Source: a virus (Duplodnaviria; Caudoviricetes). From it: a stretch of DNA of 64,000 bases. Below the pieces are notes generated by a model. That model made no database searches and was not told the DNA's origin. It saw only the letters and a program-made list of their open reading frames with translations. The stretch lies in the IMG/VR virus record IMGVR_UViG_2866816733_000004, positions 40,491 to 104,490 of that record, one strand, 5' to 3'. Each line of letters opens with the position of its first letter. The stretch's first letter is position 1. The position numbers were made by a program, and so were the translations under genes. Positions 9,083 through 18,569 of this stretch are shown here, in pieces.

Positions 9083-9531
9083 CGAAGGTCGCTGACCTGA
9101 TCGACAGGTACGGCGACGCGATCCGCTACGACCTGCGCCATGAACTCGGCGTCGACATGCTCGACTTCTTCCGCGGCTCCCTGTCCGCTGAGGCGATCCT
9201 CGACTTCCTCCAGCACCTGCCGTCTACGTCGGCGTACAGCGCCGCGCTGGCTGAGGACGAGGACCTGGCGAAGGAACTGCTGGACGAGCCCGACAGGGCG
9301 CCGAGCCCGCCGCGGCTCACCGAGTTCGGCCCCGAGGTCCAGGCCCTCGCAGAGGTCCGTGACCTGCTGGCCTCCGTCCTCGCGGTGCTGGTGAAGGCGA
9401 ACGGCGGGAAGCCGCAGAAGCCCAAGCCGTATCCCCGGCCGGTGACGGCGCTGCAGAAGTTGAAGCGGCGAATGCGGTACTCGCGGCACCTGGACGTGGT
9501 TCGTCGCGTCCTGCCGGGCCGTTCCTCCTGA
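9073..9531 (+). CDS. Tail assembly chaperone T segment, reached by programmed -1 frameshift
   Basis: -1 frame is open from GGGGAAA (9073-9079): GEITKVADLIDRYGDAIRYDLRHELGVDMLDFFRG...KPYPRP. Confidence 0.8.
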   Translation, partial: GEITKVADLIDRYGDAIRYDLRHELGVDMLDFFRGSLSAEAILDFLQHLPSTSAYSAALAEDEDLAKELLDEPDRAPSPPRLTEFGPEVQALAEVRDLLASVLAVLVKANGGKPQKPKPYPRPVTALQKLKRRMRYSRHLDVVRRVLPGRSS

Positions 9532-9597
9532 TCTTTGTGAGGCTTTCGGTCTCCTCCCTGAAGGGTGCCCTGGGTCGGGCAGGGAGGAGCGCCTGCC

Positions 9598-12500
9598 GTG
9601 GCTGTCGAAGTGGGCGGCGCGTTCATCTCCGTCCGCCCTGACCTCAAGGGCTTCCATACCAAGATCAAGACCGAGTTGCGGTCGATGGCGCCGTCGATGG
9701 TGTCGATCGGCCGTGAGTGGGGGACCGCGCTCCAGCGGGGGATCAAGGAGAAGCTCACCCCGATCGAGGTTCGCCTCGAAGCTGGCGCAACGGCCGCCCA
9801 ACTGGCCACGTTGAATCGGGCCGTCGACAAGCTCGACGGCCGGGTCATCAACATTCAGGTCAACGCTGATGTGTCCGCTGCGGCGGCGCGCCTGGTGTCA
9901 TTCGAGCAGACTCTGTCGCGACTGGACGGCCGCAAGGTCAACGTCCAGATCAACGTCGACATGGCTGGCGCGGTCAGCGAACTGCTCGCGTTGGAGCAGG
10001 TTCTGGCCAGAATCGATGGCCGCCGCGTCAGCGTGCAGGTCGACGTTCAGATCGCGGGCGCTCTCGCCCAACTCGCCGCAGTGCGAGGCGCGGTCACGAA
10101 CATCGACAACCGCCGCACGATCAACATCGATGTCGATATCGGGTCGGCGATGGCCGGCCTTGGTGCGCTGCGCGCAGCGCTGATCGGCCTCGCTGTGGTG
10201 GCATCGCCGGCCCTGGTGGGGATCGGTGCCGGTGTTGTGGGTCTAGCTGGCCCGCTTGCTGCGGCGGGCGCGGGTTTCGCGGGGTTCGGGGCGGTGGCGC
10301 TGCCGGCGATCAGCCACGTTTCCAAGGCACTGCAGCAGGAGAAGCAGGCCAGTCAGCAGTCTGCCGCCGCGTCGGGTCAGGCGGCGCAGCAGGCGTTCGC
10401 GGCTGCGTCGGCGCGGCAGCAGTTGGCGTCAGCGGTCCGCAACGCCGCGTACGCCCATCAGCAGGCCGTGGATCAGGTGCGGCAGGCCGAGCAGCAGTAT
10501 CAGCAGGCGCTTCAGGGTGAGGCGGAAGCGCAGCGGGCGGTGACGCAGGCGCGGCTCGCGGCGCGCCGCGCGATCGAGGATCTACACAACCAGGTCGCCA
10601 GCGCCCGGCTGGGGTTGGAGGAGGCGCGGCTCGGGGTCGAGCAGTCCCGGGCGGCGTGGGACCAGATGGCCGCGGCGGCGAAGGCCGCCGCCGACAAGGT
10701 CGCGTCCGCTCAGTCGGCGCTGGCAGCCGCGCAAGCCGCGCAGGCGACGGTGCTGGGGAACCCCGCTGCGACGGACGCGGCGAAGAAGCAGGCCCAAACC
10801 GGCGTCGACGCCGCCCAGCAAGCGCTGAAGAACGCCCAGGCCCAGAAGAAGGCCGCCGATTTGGCGGCGCGGCAGGCCGAGCTGAACTACCGGCAGTCGA
10901 TCCAGCGGGTGAAGGAGCAACAGCTTCAGCTGCGGCGGCTGGAGCAAGACGAGAGGTCCGCGTCCAAGGCCGGGGTTGAGGGGTCGGACCAGGTCAGGCA
11001 GGCACGGCAGCGTCTCGCGCAAGCCAACCAGCAGATCGCCAGCAGCGAACTTGCGTTGCGGCGGGCGCGGGAGAACGTCACCCGCACTGATCAGCAGTCT
11101 GCGGATCAAATCGCGTCGGCGCGGCGGGCGCTGGCGCAGGCGACGTCGCAGGCGGCGGCGTCGACGGGCGCGCTCGGGCAGCAGCTGGTGAAGCTGACGC
11201 CGCTGGAGCGCCAGCTCGCGAACGCATGGAAAGACCTGACCGCGGTGTTCGGGGCATGGTCGAAGAGCCTGCAGCCGGCTGTCATCCCGGCACTGATCAA
11301 GGGCATCGGGTTCCTCAAGGCACTGCTGCCCACCTTCACGCCGATCGTGAAGGGCGCCGCGGCGGGGATCGGGACGCTGTTCGACCGAGCGACGCAGGCG
11401 GCGAAGTCGCCATTCTGGGCACAGTTCTCGCAGTTCCTGGGGCAGTCCGCCGGTCCGGCGATCTTGGGGCTCGGGTCGCTGCTGGGGAACCTCCTCAAGA
11501 GCCTCGCCGGGCTGGCTCAGTCGTTCGCGCCGATCGGGTTCGCGTTCCTGCAAGTCCTCAACGCGATCGCGGCACGGTTCGCGGCGTTCACCACGGGGCT
11601 GGCGAACAACCCGGCCTTCCAAGCCTTCACCAAGCAGTTCATTGCGCTGGCGCCGCTGATGGCGCAGACGTTCATCAGCCTCGGCAGTCTTCTCGGTTCG
11701 CTGTTCGCAGCGCTCGCCCCGGCGCTACAGCCGATCCTCGGACTGATCAACACGCTGGCGTCGTCGCTGGCGGGTGTCCTGCGACAGGCCGGGCCAGCGA
11801 TCGCTTCGGTGTTCTCCGCGCTCGGCTCCGGACTGTCCGCAGTGATCGTTGCGCTCGCGCCGGTGGTGACGCAGCTGGTGCAGGCGCTCGCACCGCTCCT
11901 CGTCCAACTGATCAACGGGCTGAAGCCCATCCTGATCTCGCTCGTTCCCGTGCTCGGGCAGATCATTTCCGGTCTCGCCCCGGTCATCTCGGCTCTGCTG
12001 TCGGGGCTGCAGCCCGCGATCCAGTCGCTTGTGCCTGTGGTGTCGCTGCTGGTCGGCGCGATCGCGAAGATCCTGTTCGCGTTGGCGCCGGTGCTGCCTC
12101 TGGTCGGCCAGTTCATCGCACAGCTCGTCGCGGGCCTAATGCCGGTCCTGACGCCGATCGTGAACGCGATCGCGTTGATGGCGCAGCAGATCGCCGGAAC
12201 GCTCATTCAGGCGCTTCAACAGTCCGCGCCAGCCCTCCAGCAGATGCTGCTGGCGGTTGCGAGTCTGCTTCCCGAACTGCTGCCGCTGGTGCCGTTGTGG
12301 GCCGAGTGGTTCAAGGCGATCGCTCCGCTGCTGCCGGTCATCATCCAGCTGGCCGCGGTGATCGTGCAGGCACTCGTGCCCGTCCTTCGCATCGCCATCA
12401 AGATCGTCGTCTGGTACTGGACGACGATCGCGCACCTGCTGCTACCGGTGTTCCGGCTGCTCGTCACCGTGATCACGTGGGTCGCGGGGATCCTCACGCC

Positions 12501-14487
12501 GATCATCCAGGCGATCGGGTGGCTGATCCGCGGCATCGGTACCGCCGCGATGTTCGTGTGGAACATCATCAAGATCGCGTTCGCGGGGATCGTGTTCGCC
12601 GCGAAGATCCTCGCCGCCGTGATCTTCGTGGTGGTCGTCGCGCCGCTATTGATCGCTTTCAAGCTCCTGCAGATCGCCTTGATGGCGCTCTGGCAGCACG
12701 TGTTCGTGCCCGCCTGGCACGGCATCTCCTGGGCCGCGCAGCAGGCATGGAAGCTCCTGCAGCCGCTATTCGGGCTGATCCGGGCAGGAATGCGGCTCCT
12801 TGGCTCTGTCATGTCCTGGCTCTGGCGCAACATCGCCGTCCCCACCTGGAACGGCATCCGCGCCGCGATCAGCGTCGCATGGGGGGCCATCCGCGGAATC
12901 TTCAACGCCGTCGTGGGGTTCCTCCGCGTCACCCTCGGCCCGATCTTCACCTGGCTGCGCGACAAGGTCATCCGCCCGGTCTGGAACGCGGTCGGCTCTG
13001 TCATCAGGGCCGCGTGGACCGGAGCGATCCGCCCCACCTTCGACGCGGTCAAAAACGCGGTCGGGAAGGTCCGCGACGCGTTCAAGACCGCGGTCGACGG
13101 AATCGGCCGCATCTGGGACGGCCTGAAGAAGATCACCAAGGGACCCGTCCAGTTCGTTGTCAACACGGTCTACAACAAGGGCATCCGGGCGGCGTGGAAC
13201 ACCATCGCCGGCCTGGTGAAGCTCCCTGGCCTCCCGGAACTGAAGTTCGCGGCCGGCGGTGTCGTCCCGGGCGGCGCCTACGGAGTACTGCCCGGCTACG
13301 CGCCAGGCCGGGACACGATGCTCGCGGCGGTGTCGCCGGGCGAGGCATGGATCCGGCCCGACGCCACGCGTGCCCTCGGGTCGAACTTCATCTACGGCCT
13401 GAACGCCGCGGCGGCGTCCGGAGGGACTACCGCCGCAGCGCGGTTCCTGTCGCAGGCGGGCGGCCCGCAGTTCGCGTTCGGCGGCATCGTCGGGAAGATC
13501 AAGGACGCTGTCGGCGGCGCGAAGAACCTGGTCGTGAAGGGCGCCTCGGACCTGCTGTCCAAGGGCGCGTCTTTCGCCGCCCGCAAGATCCTCGACCCGA
13601 TCCTCGGGCAGCTCAACGAGGTCGCTGGCGACTCCAACTGGGTCAAGGCGATGACCCGGCTGCCGCGGCGGATGATCGACGGGTTCATCGGCTGGCTCAA
13701 GAAGGCCATCGACCCCAAGCTCGGCGGCGACGCCACCGGGGTCGTCGCGGCGGCGAAGAAGTACCTGGGTGTCGGTGACGACCGTGGCCGTGACAACGAC
13801 AACCCGTTCACCCGCCACTACGGGTGGCCGGCCGGTACGCCGTGGTGCGCGCTCTTCGCCTCGAAGGCGATCGAGGACGCGCACGCCACCAAGAAGTACT
13901 CGGGCGCACCCACCGCCGCGGTCGCCACGTTCAACGCGCAGATGCAACACGTTCCTGTCTCCGCAGGCCGCCCAGGTGACTTGGCGACCTACCGCGGGAA
14001 CGGGCACGTCAACATCATCGAGAAGAAGGCCGCTGGCGGCTACATGACCATCGGCGGCAACCAAGGGCCCAAGGTCAACCGGTACGTGCGTGGCGGGCAG
14101 ACCGCTGTGCTGCGTCCGAAGTTCGCGACCGGCGGGATCGTGCCGAGCATGGCGCGGCAGGTGTTCGGCAAGGAGTGGCTGCACGCCGACGACCCGGCCG
14201 ACCGGCGAGACCCGCTCGCCGCGATGTACAACCAGCTCGTCCGTCCGACCCTGTTCGACACCGGCGGTTGGCTCCCGCCCGGAGTCAGCACCGTCGCGAA
14301 CTTCACCGGACGTCCCGAGGCCGTACTCACCGACGGGCAACTCCGCCGCATCACCGCGGCGGAGGGCCGCGGCGACAGGCACGTGTCGGTCATGGACCAC
14401 GCAACCGTGGTCGTGCAGGACCCGGTCGACATCGACATGCTCGCGCAGCGGCAAGAGTTCGCCGCCCGCAGCGCCTCCTTCGGATGA
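9598..14487 (+). CDS. Tape measure protein with C-terminal CHAP-like peptidoglycan hydrolase
   Basis: GGGAGGAG RBS; ~1630 aa; Ala/Gln coiled coil, Trp-periodic repeats, FAAGG motifs, PWCALFAS...GHVNII...TIGGNQG. Confidence 0.92.
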   Translation: MAVEVGGAFISVRPDLKGFHTKIKTELRSMAPSMVSIGREWGTALQRGIKEKLTPIEVRLEAGATAAQLATLNRAVDKLDGRVINIQVNADVSAAAARLVSFEQTLSRLDGRKVNVQINVDMAGAVSELLALEQVLARIDGRRVSVQVDVQIAGALAQLAAVRGAVTNIDNRRTINIDVDIGSAMAGLGALRAALIGLAVVASPALVGIGAGVVGLAGPLAAAGAGFAGFGAVALPAISHVSKALQQEKQASQQSAAASGQAAQQAFAAASARQQLASAVRNAAYAHQQAVDQVRQAEQQYQQALQGEAEAQRAVTQARLAARRAIEDLHNQVASARLGLEEARLGVEQSRAAWDQMAAAAKAAADKVASAQSALAAAQAAQATVLGNPAATDAAKKQAQTGVDAAQQALKNAQAQKKAADLAARQAELNYRQSIQRVKEQQLQLRRLEQDERSASKAGVEGSDQVRQARQRLAQANQQIASSELALRRARENVTRTDQQSADQIASARRALAQATSQAAASTGALGQQLVKLTPLERQLANAWKDLTAVFGAWSKSLQPAVIPALIKGIGFLKALLPTFTPIVKGAAAGIGTLFDRATQAAKSPFWAQFSQFLGQSAGPAILGLGSLLGNLLKSLAGLAQSFAPIGFAFLQVLNAIAARFAAFTTGLANNPAFQAFTKQFIALAPLMAQTFISLGSLLGSLFAALAPALQPILGLINTLASSLAGVLRQAGPAIASVFSALGSGLSAVIVALAPVVTQLVQALAPLLVQLINGLKPILISLVPVLGQIISGLAPVISALLSGLQPAIQSLVPVVSLLVGAIAKILFALAPVLPLVGQFIAQLVAGLMPVLTPIVNAIALMAQQIAGTLIQALQQSAPALQQMLLAVASLLPELLPLVPLWAEWFKAIAPLLPVIIQLAAVIVQALVPVLRIAIKIVVWYWTTIAHLLLPVFRLLVTVITWVAGILTPIIQAIGWLIRGIGTAAMFVWNIIKIAFAGIVFAAKILAAVIFVVVVAPLLIAFKLLQIALMALWQHVFVPAWHGISWAAQQAWKLLQPLFGLIRAGMRLLGSVMSWLWRNIAVPTWNGIRAAISVAWGAIRGIFNAVVGFLRVTLGPIFTWLRDKVIRPVWNAVGSVIRAAWTGAIRPTFDAVKNAVGKVRDAFKTAVDGIGRIWDGLKKITKGPVQFVVNTVYNKGIRAAWNTIAGLVKLPGLPELKFAAGGVVPGGAYGVLPGYAPGRDTMLAAVSPGEAWIRPDATRALGSNFIYGLNAAAASGGTTAAARFLSQAGGPQFAFGGIVGKIKDAVGGAKNLVVKGASDLLSKGASFAARKILDPILGQLNEVAGDSNWVKAMTRLPRRMIDGFIGWLKKAIDPKLGGDATGVVAAAKKYLGVGDDRGRDNDNPFTRHYGWPAGTPWCALFASKAIEDAHATKKYSGAPTAAVATFNAQMQHVPVSAGRPGDLATYRGNGHVNIIEKKAAGGYMTIGGNQGPKVNRYVRGGQTAVLRPKFATGGIVPSMARQVFGKEWLHADDPADRRDPLAAMYNQLVRPTLFDTGGWLPPGVSTVANFTGRPEAVLTDGQLRRITAAEGRGDRHVSVMDHATVVVQDPVDIDMLAQRQEFAARSASFG

Positions 14488-14500
14488 GGGGAGCGGCGCT

Positions 14501-15364
14501 GTGAAGACCGCGGTGCGGCTTGTCGACGGCGCGCGGCAGCTGAACCTGCACCCCTCTCTCGATTACATCCCGCAAAAGCTCAGTGTGACCTCACCGCCGG
14601 TGCGTGAAGCCACCGAGCCCCGGACCGACGACGACGGGGAGCGCGACTCCACGACCCTGTTCGGCGGCCGCGCGGTGTCGCTTGAAGTCGTGGTCGTCGA
14701 CGAGCAGGTCGACTGCGAGGTTCTCCTCGACCAGCTCAAACAGTTCCTGCATCCCCGCAGCAGGCCGTACCTGTATGTCACCGATGACGGCTGGTCGCAG
14801 GAGCGGCGGATCCGGCTGCGCGTCGACCAGTGGGACGAACCCTACGAGGGATACAAGGCGTCACAGTCACGGCCGGTGCAACTGCAGTGGAAGGCGCCCG
14901 ACGGGATCTGGGAGGCCGTCGCCACGGTCGAGGAGACCGTGAACGCCGACCTCGCCGGCGACCCGGTCGGGTTCACCTTCCCGGTGACCTTCCCGGTGAC
15001 GGCGACGGCGACGATGTCGGCTGGCGCGTCCACGGTCGTCAACCTCGGTGGCGTCCCGTCGCACTTCAGCGCCCTGCTGTACGGCCCCTGCACAGGTCCG
15101 CGGCTGATCAACGAGACGACCGGTGAGCAGATCGCCTTCACCGAGTCGCTAGTGCTTGGCCCGGGGGAGTACGTGGAGATCGCCACGCGGGAGCGGACCG
15201 CGTGGCTGAACTCCGAAACCAGCCAGTCACGGCTGAACTTCATCGATTTCGACTCCACGTCCTGGTGGCGGATCGAGCCGGGCGACCAGCAGATCCGTTA
15301 CGCGCCGCTCGACACGGCGGGTGCAGCCGCTGCCGTCATTACCTACCGGCCCGCGTGGCTATGA
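14501..15364 (+). CDS. Distal tail protein
   Basis: Follows TMP; WKAPDG, GFTFPVTFP, YGPCTGPRL, YRPAWL. Confidence 0.78.
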   Translation: MKTAVRLVDGARQLNLHPSLDYIPQKLSVTSPPVREATEPRTDDDGERDSTTLFGGRAVSLEVVVVDEQVDCEVLLDQLKQFLHPRSRPYLYVTDDGWSQERRIRLRVDQWDEPYEGYKASQSRPVQLQWKAPDGIWEAVATVEETVNADLAGDPVGFTFPVTFPVTATATMSAGASTVVNLGGVPSHFSALLYGPCTGPRLINETTGEQIAFTESLVLGPGEYVEIATRERTAWLNSETSQSRLNFIDFDSTSWWRIEPGDQQIRYAPLDTAGAAAAVITYRPAWL

Positions 15365-15374
15365 GGAGGACGCC

Positions 15375-16454
15375 GTGACGCTGAAGCGGCCCCTGTACAT
15401 GCAGGCGGGCGGCGGCGATACACCCTTCTCCTACGACGCGGTCGACTTCCGTGCGATCCTCGCTTCGGTCTTCAACGTCGGGGGCGTCTGCAACACCAGC
15501 CCCGCCGACCTGAAGGTGACCCAGCGCAGCGCTGGCGCCAACTTCTCCGTGGACGTGGCGGCCGGGTATGCGGTCATCGCCGGAACCGACGTAGCCGGGC
15601 AGGGGTTCTACCTGGTCCAGAGCACCGCCACGGTGAACCTGGTGGTGCCGCCGCCGCCGGTGTCCGGGACGCGGGTTCACCGGGTGGTGGCGCAGGTCCG
15701 CGACAAGCTCCACAACGGGGCGTTGGCGGCGAACACCTACGACTTTGTGCTGAGCGTGCTGGAGGACACCGGGTCGGGGACGCCAGCGACGCCCGCGTCG
15801 GCGCTGAGCCTGGCGACGGTGAGCGTCGCGTCCACAGCACTCAATGTGAGCGACAGCAACATCACCGACACGCGGGTGAATGCGGTCTCCACGATAGGCA
15901 TCGGCCGGTGGGTCGGGTCTGATGCGCTTCGCCCTCCCGCTCCGGTGGACGGCGAGCTGATCTGGCGGACGGACAAGAGCTACTACGAGGTCGCGGTTTC
16001 CGGGTCGTGGCGGCCTATCGGCCTCGCCGCACCCGCCGCGCGCCTCGGCCGCGTCACCACCAACCAGTCGATCACCAACAACACGACGACGCCACTCCAA
16101 TGGAATTCGGAGTTCGAGGACACCCACGGCGGCCACGACAACTCCACCAACAACAGCCGTTACACCGCGCCGATCGACGGGCTGTACCAGGTGACGGCGA
16201 CCGTCGCGTGGGACTCCAACTCCAGCGGAATCCGGGAGATCTCGCTGCGCGTCAACGGATCCACGATCTTGGACGGTAACCGGATCGGTGCCGGTTTCAA
16301 CATCACCTTGACGCAGACCGTGAGCCACCTCGTGCGGCTCACCGCAGGCCAGTACGTCGAGGCGATCGTGTGGCAGAACACCGGCGGGTCGCTGGCCATC
16401 GACAGGACGTTCCACGCCGGCCCGCTGATGGACGTCGTCTGGATGCGCCCGTGA
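15375..16454 (+). CDS. Minor tail / receptor-binding protein with C1q-like C-terminus
   Basis: GAGGAGG RBS; NFSVDVAAG, SRYTAPIDGLYQV, VRLTAGQYVE. Confidence 0.65.
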   Translation: MTLKRPLYMQAGGGDTPFSYDAVDFRAILASVFNVGGVCNTSPADLKVTQRSAGANFSVDVAAGYAVIAGTDVAGQGFYLVQSTATVNLVVPPPPVSGTRVHRVVAQVRDKLHNGALAANTYDFVLSVLEDTGSGTPATPASALSLATVSVASTALNVSDSNITDTRVNAVSTIGIGRWVGSDALRPPAPVDGELIWRTDKSYYEVAVSGSWRPIGLAAPAARLGRVTTNQSITNNTTTPLQWNSEFEDTHGGHDNSTNNSRYTAPIDGLYQVTATVAWDSNSSGIREISLRVNGSTILDGNRIGAGFNITLTQTVSHLVRLTAGQYVEAIVWQNTGGSLAIDRTFHAGPLMDVVWMRP

Positions 16455-16473
16455 CCATGCGAAGGGGAGCCTG

Positions 16474-16821
16474 ATGTTCACCCCGGCCACCCGCGATGCC
16501 GTCATGGACGGCACGTCGATCGCCGCGCTGTGCACGCACGCGAGCCTGCACACGGCAGACCCGGGCGGGACCGGCGCGAGCGAGGTGGCGGGCGGCTCGT
16601 ACGCGCGCGTCGCGGTCACGTGGGCGGCGTCGTCCGGCGGCACGAAGACCCTCACGGCCGCCGTGACGCTGCAGATCCCGGCAGGGACGACGTTCACCCA
16701 CTTCGGCCTGTGGTCAGCCGTCAGCGGTGGGACGTTCCGAGGCGGCGAACTGCTCAGCGCGTTGCAGTCGTATCCGACCGGCGGCACCTTCGACCTGTCG
16801 ATTTCAATCCCGTCGACGTAG
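16474..16821 (+). CDS. Small tail/fibre protein
   Basis: SLHTADPGGTGASEVAGGSYARVAVTW, THFGLWSA. Confidence 0.65.
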   Translation: MFTPATRDAVMDGTSIAALCTHASLHTADPGGTGASEVAGGSYARVAVTWAASSGGTKTLTAAVTLQIPAGTTFTHFGLWSAVSGGTFRGGELLSALQSYPTGGTFDLSISIPST

Positions 16822-16936
16822 GAGCGCTCACAGTGACATTCACCGCCCAGGCGACGATGGCCGCCGCCGAGGCGTTCTGCGCAAGGGACATCAACGCCTC
16901 GCGGGACGACCTCGCCGAAGTAGGGATCAGCGCCTG

Positions 16937-17407
16937 ATGGCCAAGGCTGGATATGCCGTCGTCACCGGGGGCGCGGTTGCCCTGTCGGCGGCGACCGCCA
17001 AGAGCGTCCTGGGCGTGAAGGCGCCGTCCGGGAACGGCATCGACCTCAAGAAGTTTCGGGTCGCCTTCGACGGCGTGACCGCGACGAACGTCCCGGTGCT
17101 GGTCGAGCTGTGCGCGGCGACGTTCGCGACGAACTCGCCCGGCACCAACAGCACCAGCGTGACGCCTGTGCAGGTGTACGGCCGGGCCGTCACGGTTGGT
17201 GCGACGGCGGCCAGGACCTGGACCACGGAGCCAACGGTACTCACGGTGATCGGCGAGTTCCTGCTGTCGCCTGCCGGGGGCGTGGTCTTCTACGACTTCC
17301 CGCTCGGCGACACTCCGGACTCGGCGGTGTCCGAGGGGTTCGTGATCCGCTGCAACGCGCCCGCTGTTGTGAACGTCAGGGCCAGCCTCGAATTCGAGCG
17401 CTGCTAG
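16937..17407 (+). CDS. Hypothetical virion protein
   Basis: TGATG-coupled beta-rich ORF in tail operon. Confidence 0.6.
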   Translation: MAKAGYAVVTGGAVALSAATAKSVLGVKAPSGNGIDLKKFRVAFDGVTATNVPVLVELCAATFATNSPGTNSTSVTPVQVYGRAVTVGATAARTWTTEPTVLTVIGEFLLSPAGGVVFYDFPLGDTPDSAVSEGFVIRCNAPAVVNVRASLEFERC

Positions 17408-17841
17408 GGCCGCCACTCGTCCCGGTAGTCGCGATGGTCGGCGTACGGCAGAGTGAGCAGGCGCATGGTGGTGCACGGCCACTCTCCGATGATCTCTTCT
17501 CTAACATGGCACGTCGCGCAGTAGCGCCAGCGGAGCGGTTCTGACCCTCCCAGCACGGCACCGCCCTCCATCGGGTGCTCCGCGAAGATCCGCCGCTTGG
17601 CCTCGACGTCGGCCAGCACGTGGTCAGGGTCGTGGCGGGCGGCATGGTCGAGCACGTCCGCCTCGTTCTTGTCAGCGGTGGCGATGACGTGGCCGCTCTG
17701 CGGATCGTCGTAGCTGGCGTACAGATCGCCAAGGATGCCGTCTGTGCGCCAGGCCCCCGAGTGGGCTGCGGCCAGCGCGCGCTGGGCCAGGGCGGCATCC
17801 TCGTCCAGCCGCTCGTTCAGGAATCTCACCAGGTCGTCCAC
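17404..17841 (-). CDS. DUF6221-like protein
   Basis: DLVRFLNERLDED, RHDPDHVLADVEAKRRI, LLTLPYADHRDYRDEWRP; GGAG RBS. Confidence 0.75.
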   Translation of the reverse strand: MDDLVRFLNERLDEDAALAQRALAAAHSGAWRTDGILGDLYASYDDPQSGHVIATADKNEADVLDHAARHDPDHVLADVEAKRRIFAEHPMEGGAVLGGSEPLRWRYCATCHVREEIIGEWPCTTMRLLTLPYADHRDYRDEWRP

Positions 17842-17870
17842 GTCTCCAGCATCGCACCGACGGGAGGACC

Positions 17871-18566
17871 GTGGAGCTGAATAACGGCGCCGAAGGCGGG
17901 ACGAACACCACCACGGTCTCTGCCGCCAACAGCGGCGGCGCCAGCGGCAACCCGTTCGACTCCGTGGTCGGCACCCCGACGATCACGTTCGACAACACGC
18001 ACGCGCTCGGGAACTTGAGCTACAAGGTCGTCGCCGGGGCCAGCGCGCAGCAGATGGTGTGGTCGTCGGCCAGCCACGGCACGCAGTCCGAGACGTGGGG
18101 CCGCCTCTACCTGTACTCGTCCGGCGCGCCGTCCGCAGTGACCGGTATCGTCCGCTGGCTCGTCGGCGTCGGCCAGACCGCACGGCTCCGCTACGAGTCC
18201 ACCGGCGTCCTCACCCTGTCCGACGTGGGCAACAACCCAGAGTTCGCCACCGCCAACCCGATCCCGACTGGGCAGTGGGTGCGCCTCGAGTGGCACATCC
18301 TGTTCCAGGCCGGGACCGGAGTGTGCGACTTGCGGACCTACAACAACGCCGACAGCACGACGCCTACCGAGTCGCTGTCGTCGGCGACCCTGAACGCGGC
18401 GGCGGGCTGCGACACCGTGCAGTGGGGATCGTTCAACGCGGTCACGTGGACGGGCTGGCTCGATGGTCTGCAGGTGAACAACACCGGCTTCCCCGGGCCC
18501 ATCACCGCCCGCCCCGCCGTCACCGTCGCCAACCGCGCCGCCGTCGTGCGCGCGGCGGGGTGGTGA
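17871..18566 (+). CDS. Minor tail protein (lectin-like beta sandwich)
   Basis: GGAGG RBS; PTGQWVRLEW; Thr/Gly/Ser rich. Confidence 0.6.
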   Translation: MELNNGAEGGTNTTTVSAANSGGASGNPFDSVVGTPTITFDNTHALGNLSYKVVAGASAQQMVWSSASHGTQSETWGRLYLYSSGAPSAVTGIVRWLVGVGQTARLRYESTGVLTLSDVGNNPEFATANPIPTGQWVRLEWHILFQAGTGVCDLRTYNNADSTTPTESLSSATLNAAAGCDTVQWGSFNAVTWTGWLDGLQVNNTGFPGPITARPAVTVANRAAVVRAAGW

Positions 18567-18569
18567 CCA

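Noticed and set aside
11226-14454. Long alternative-frame and antisense ORFs over the tape measure gene (850 aa, 562 aa) and similar ones elsewhere
   Set aside because: Arg/Pro/Gly-rich shadow ORFs expected from high-GC codon bias; no motifs or RBS
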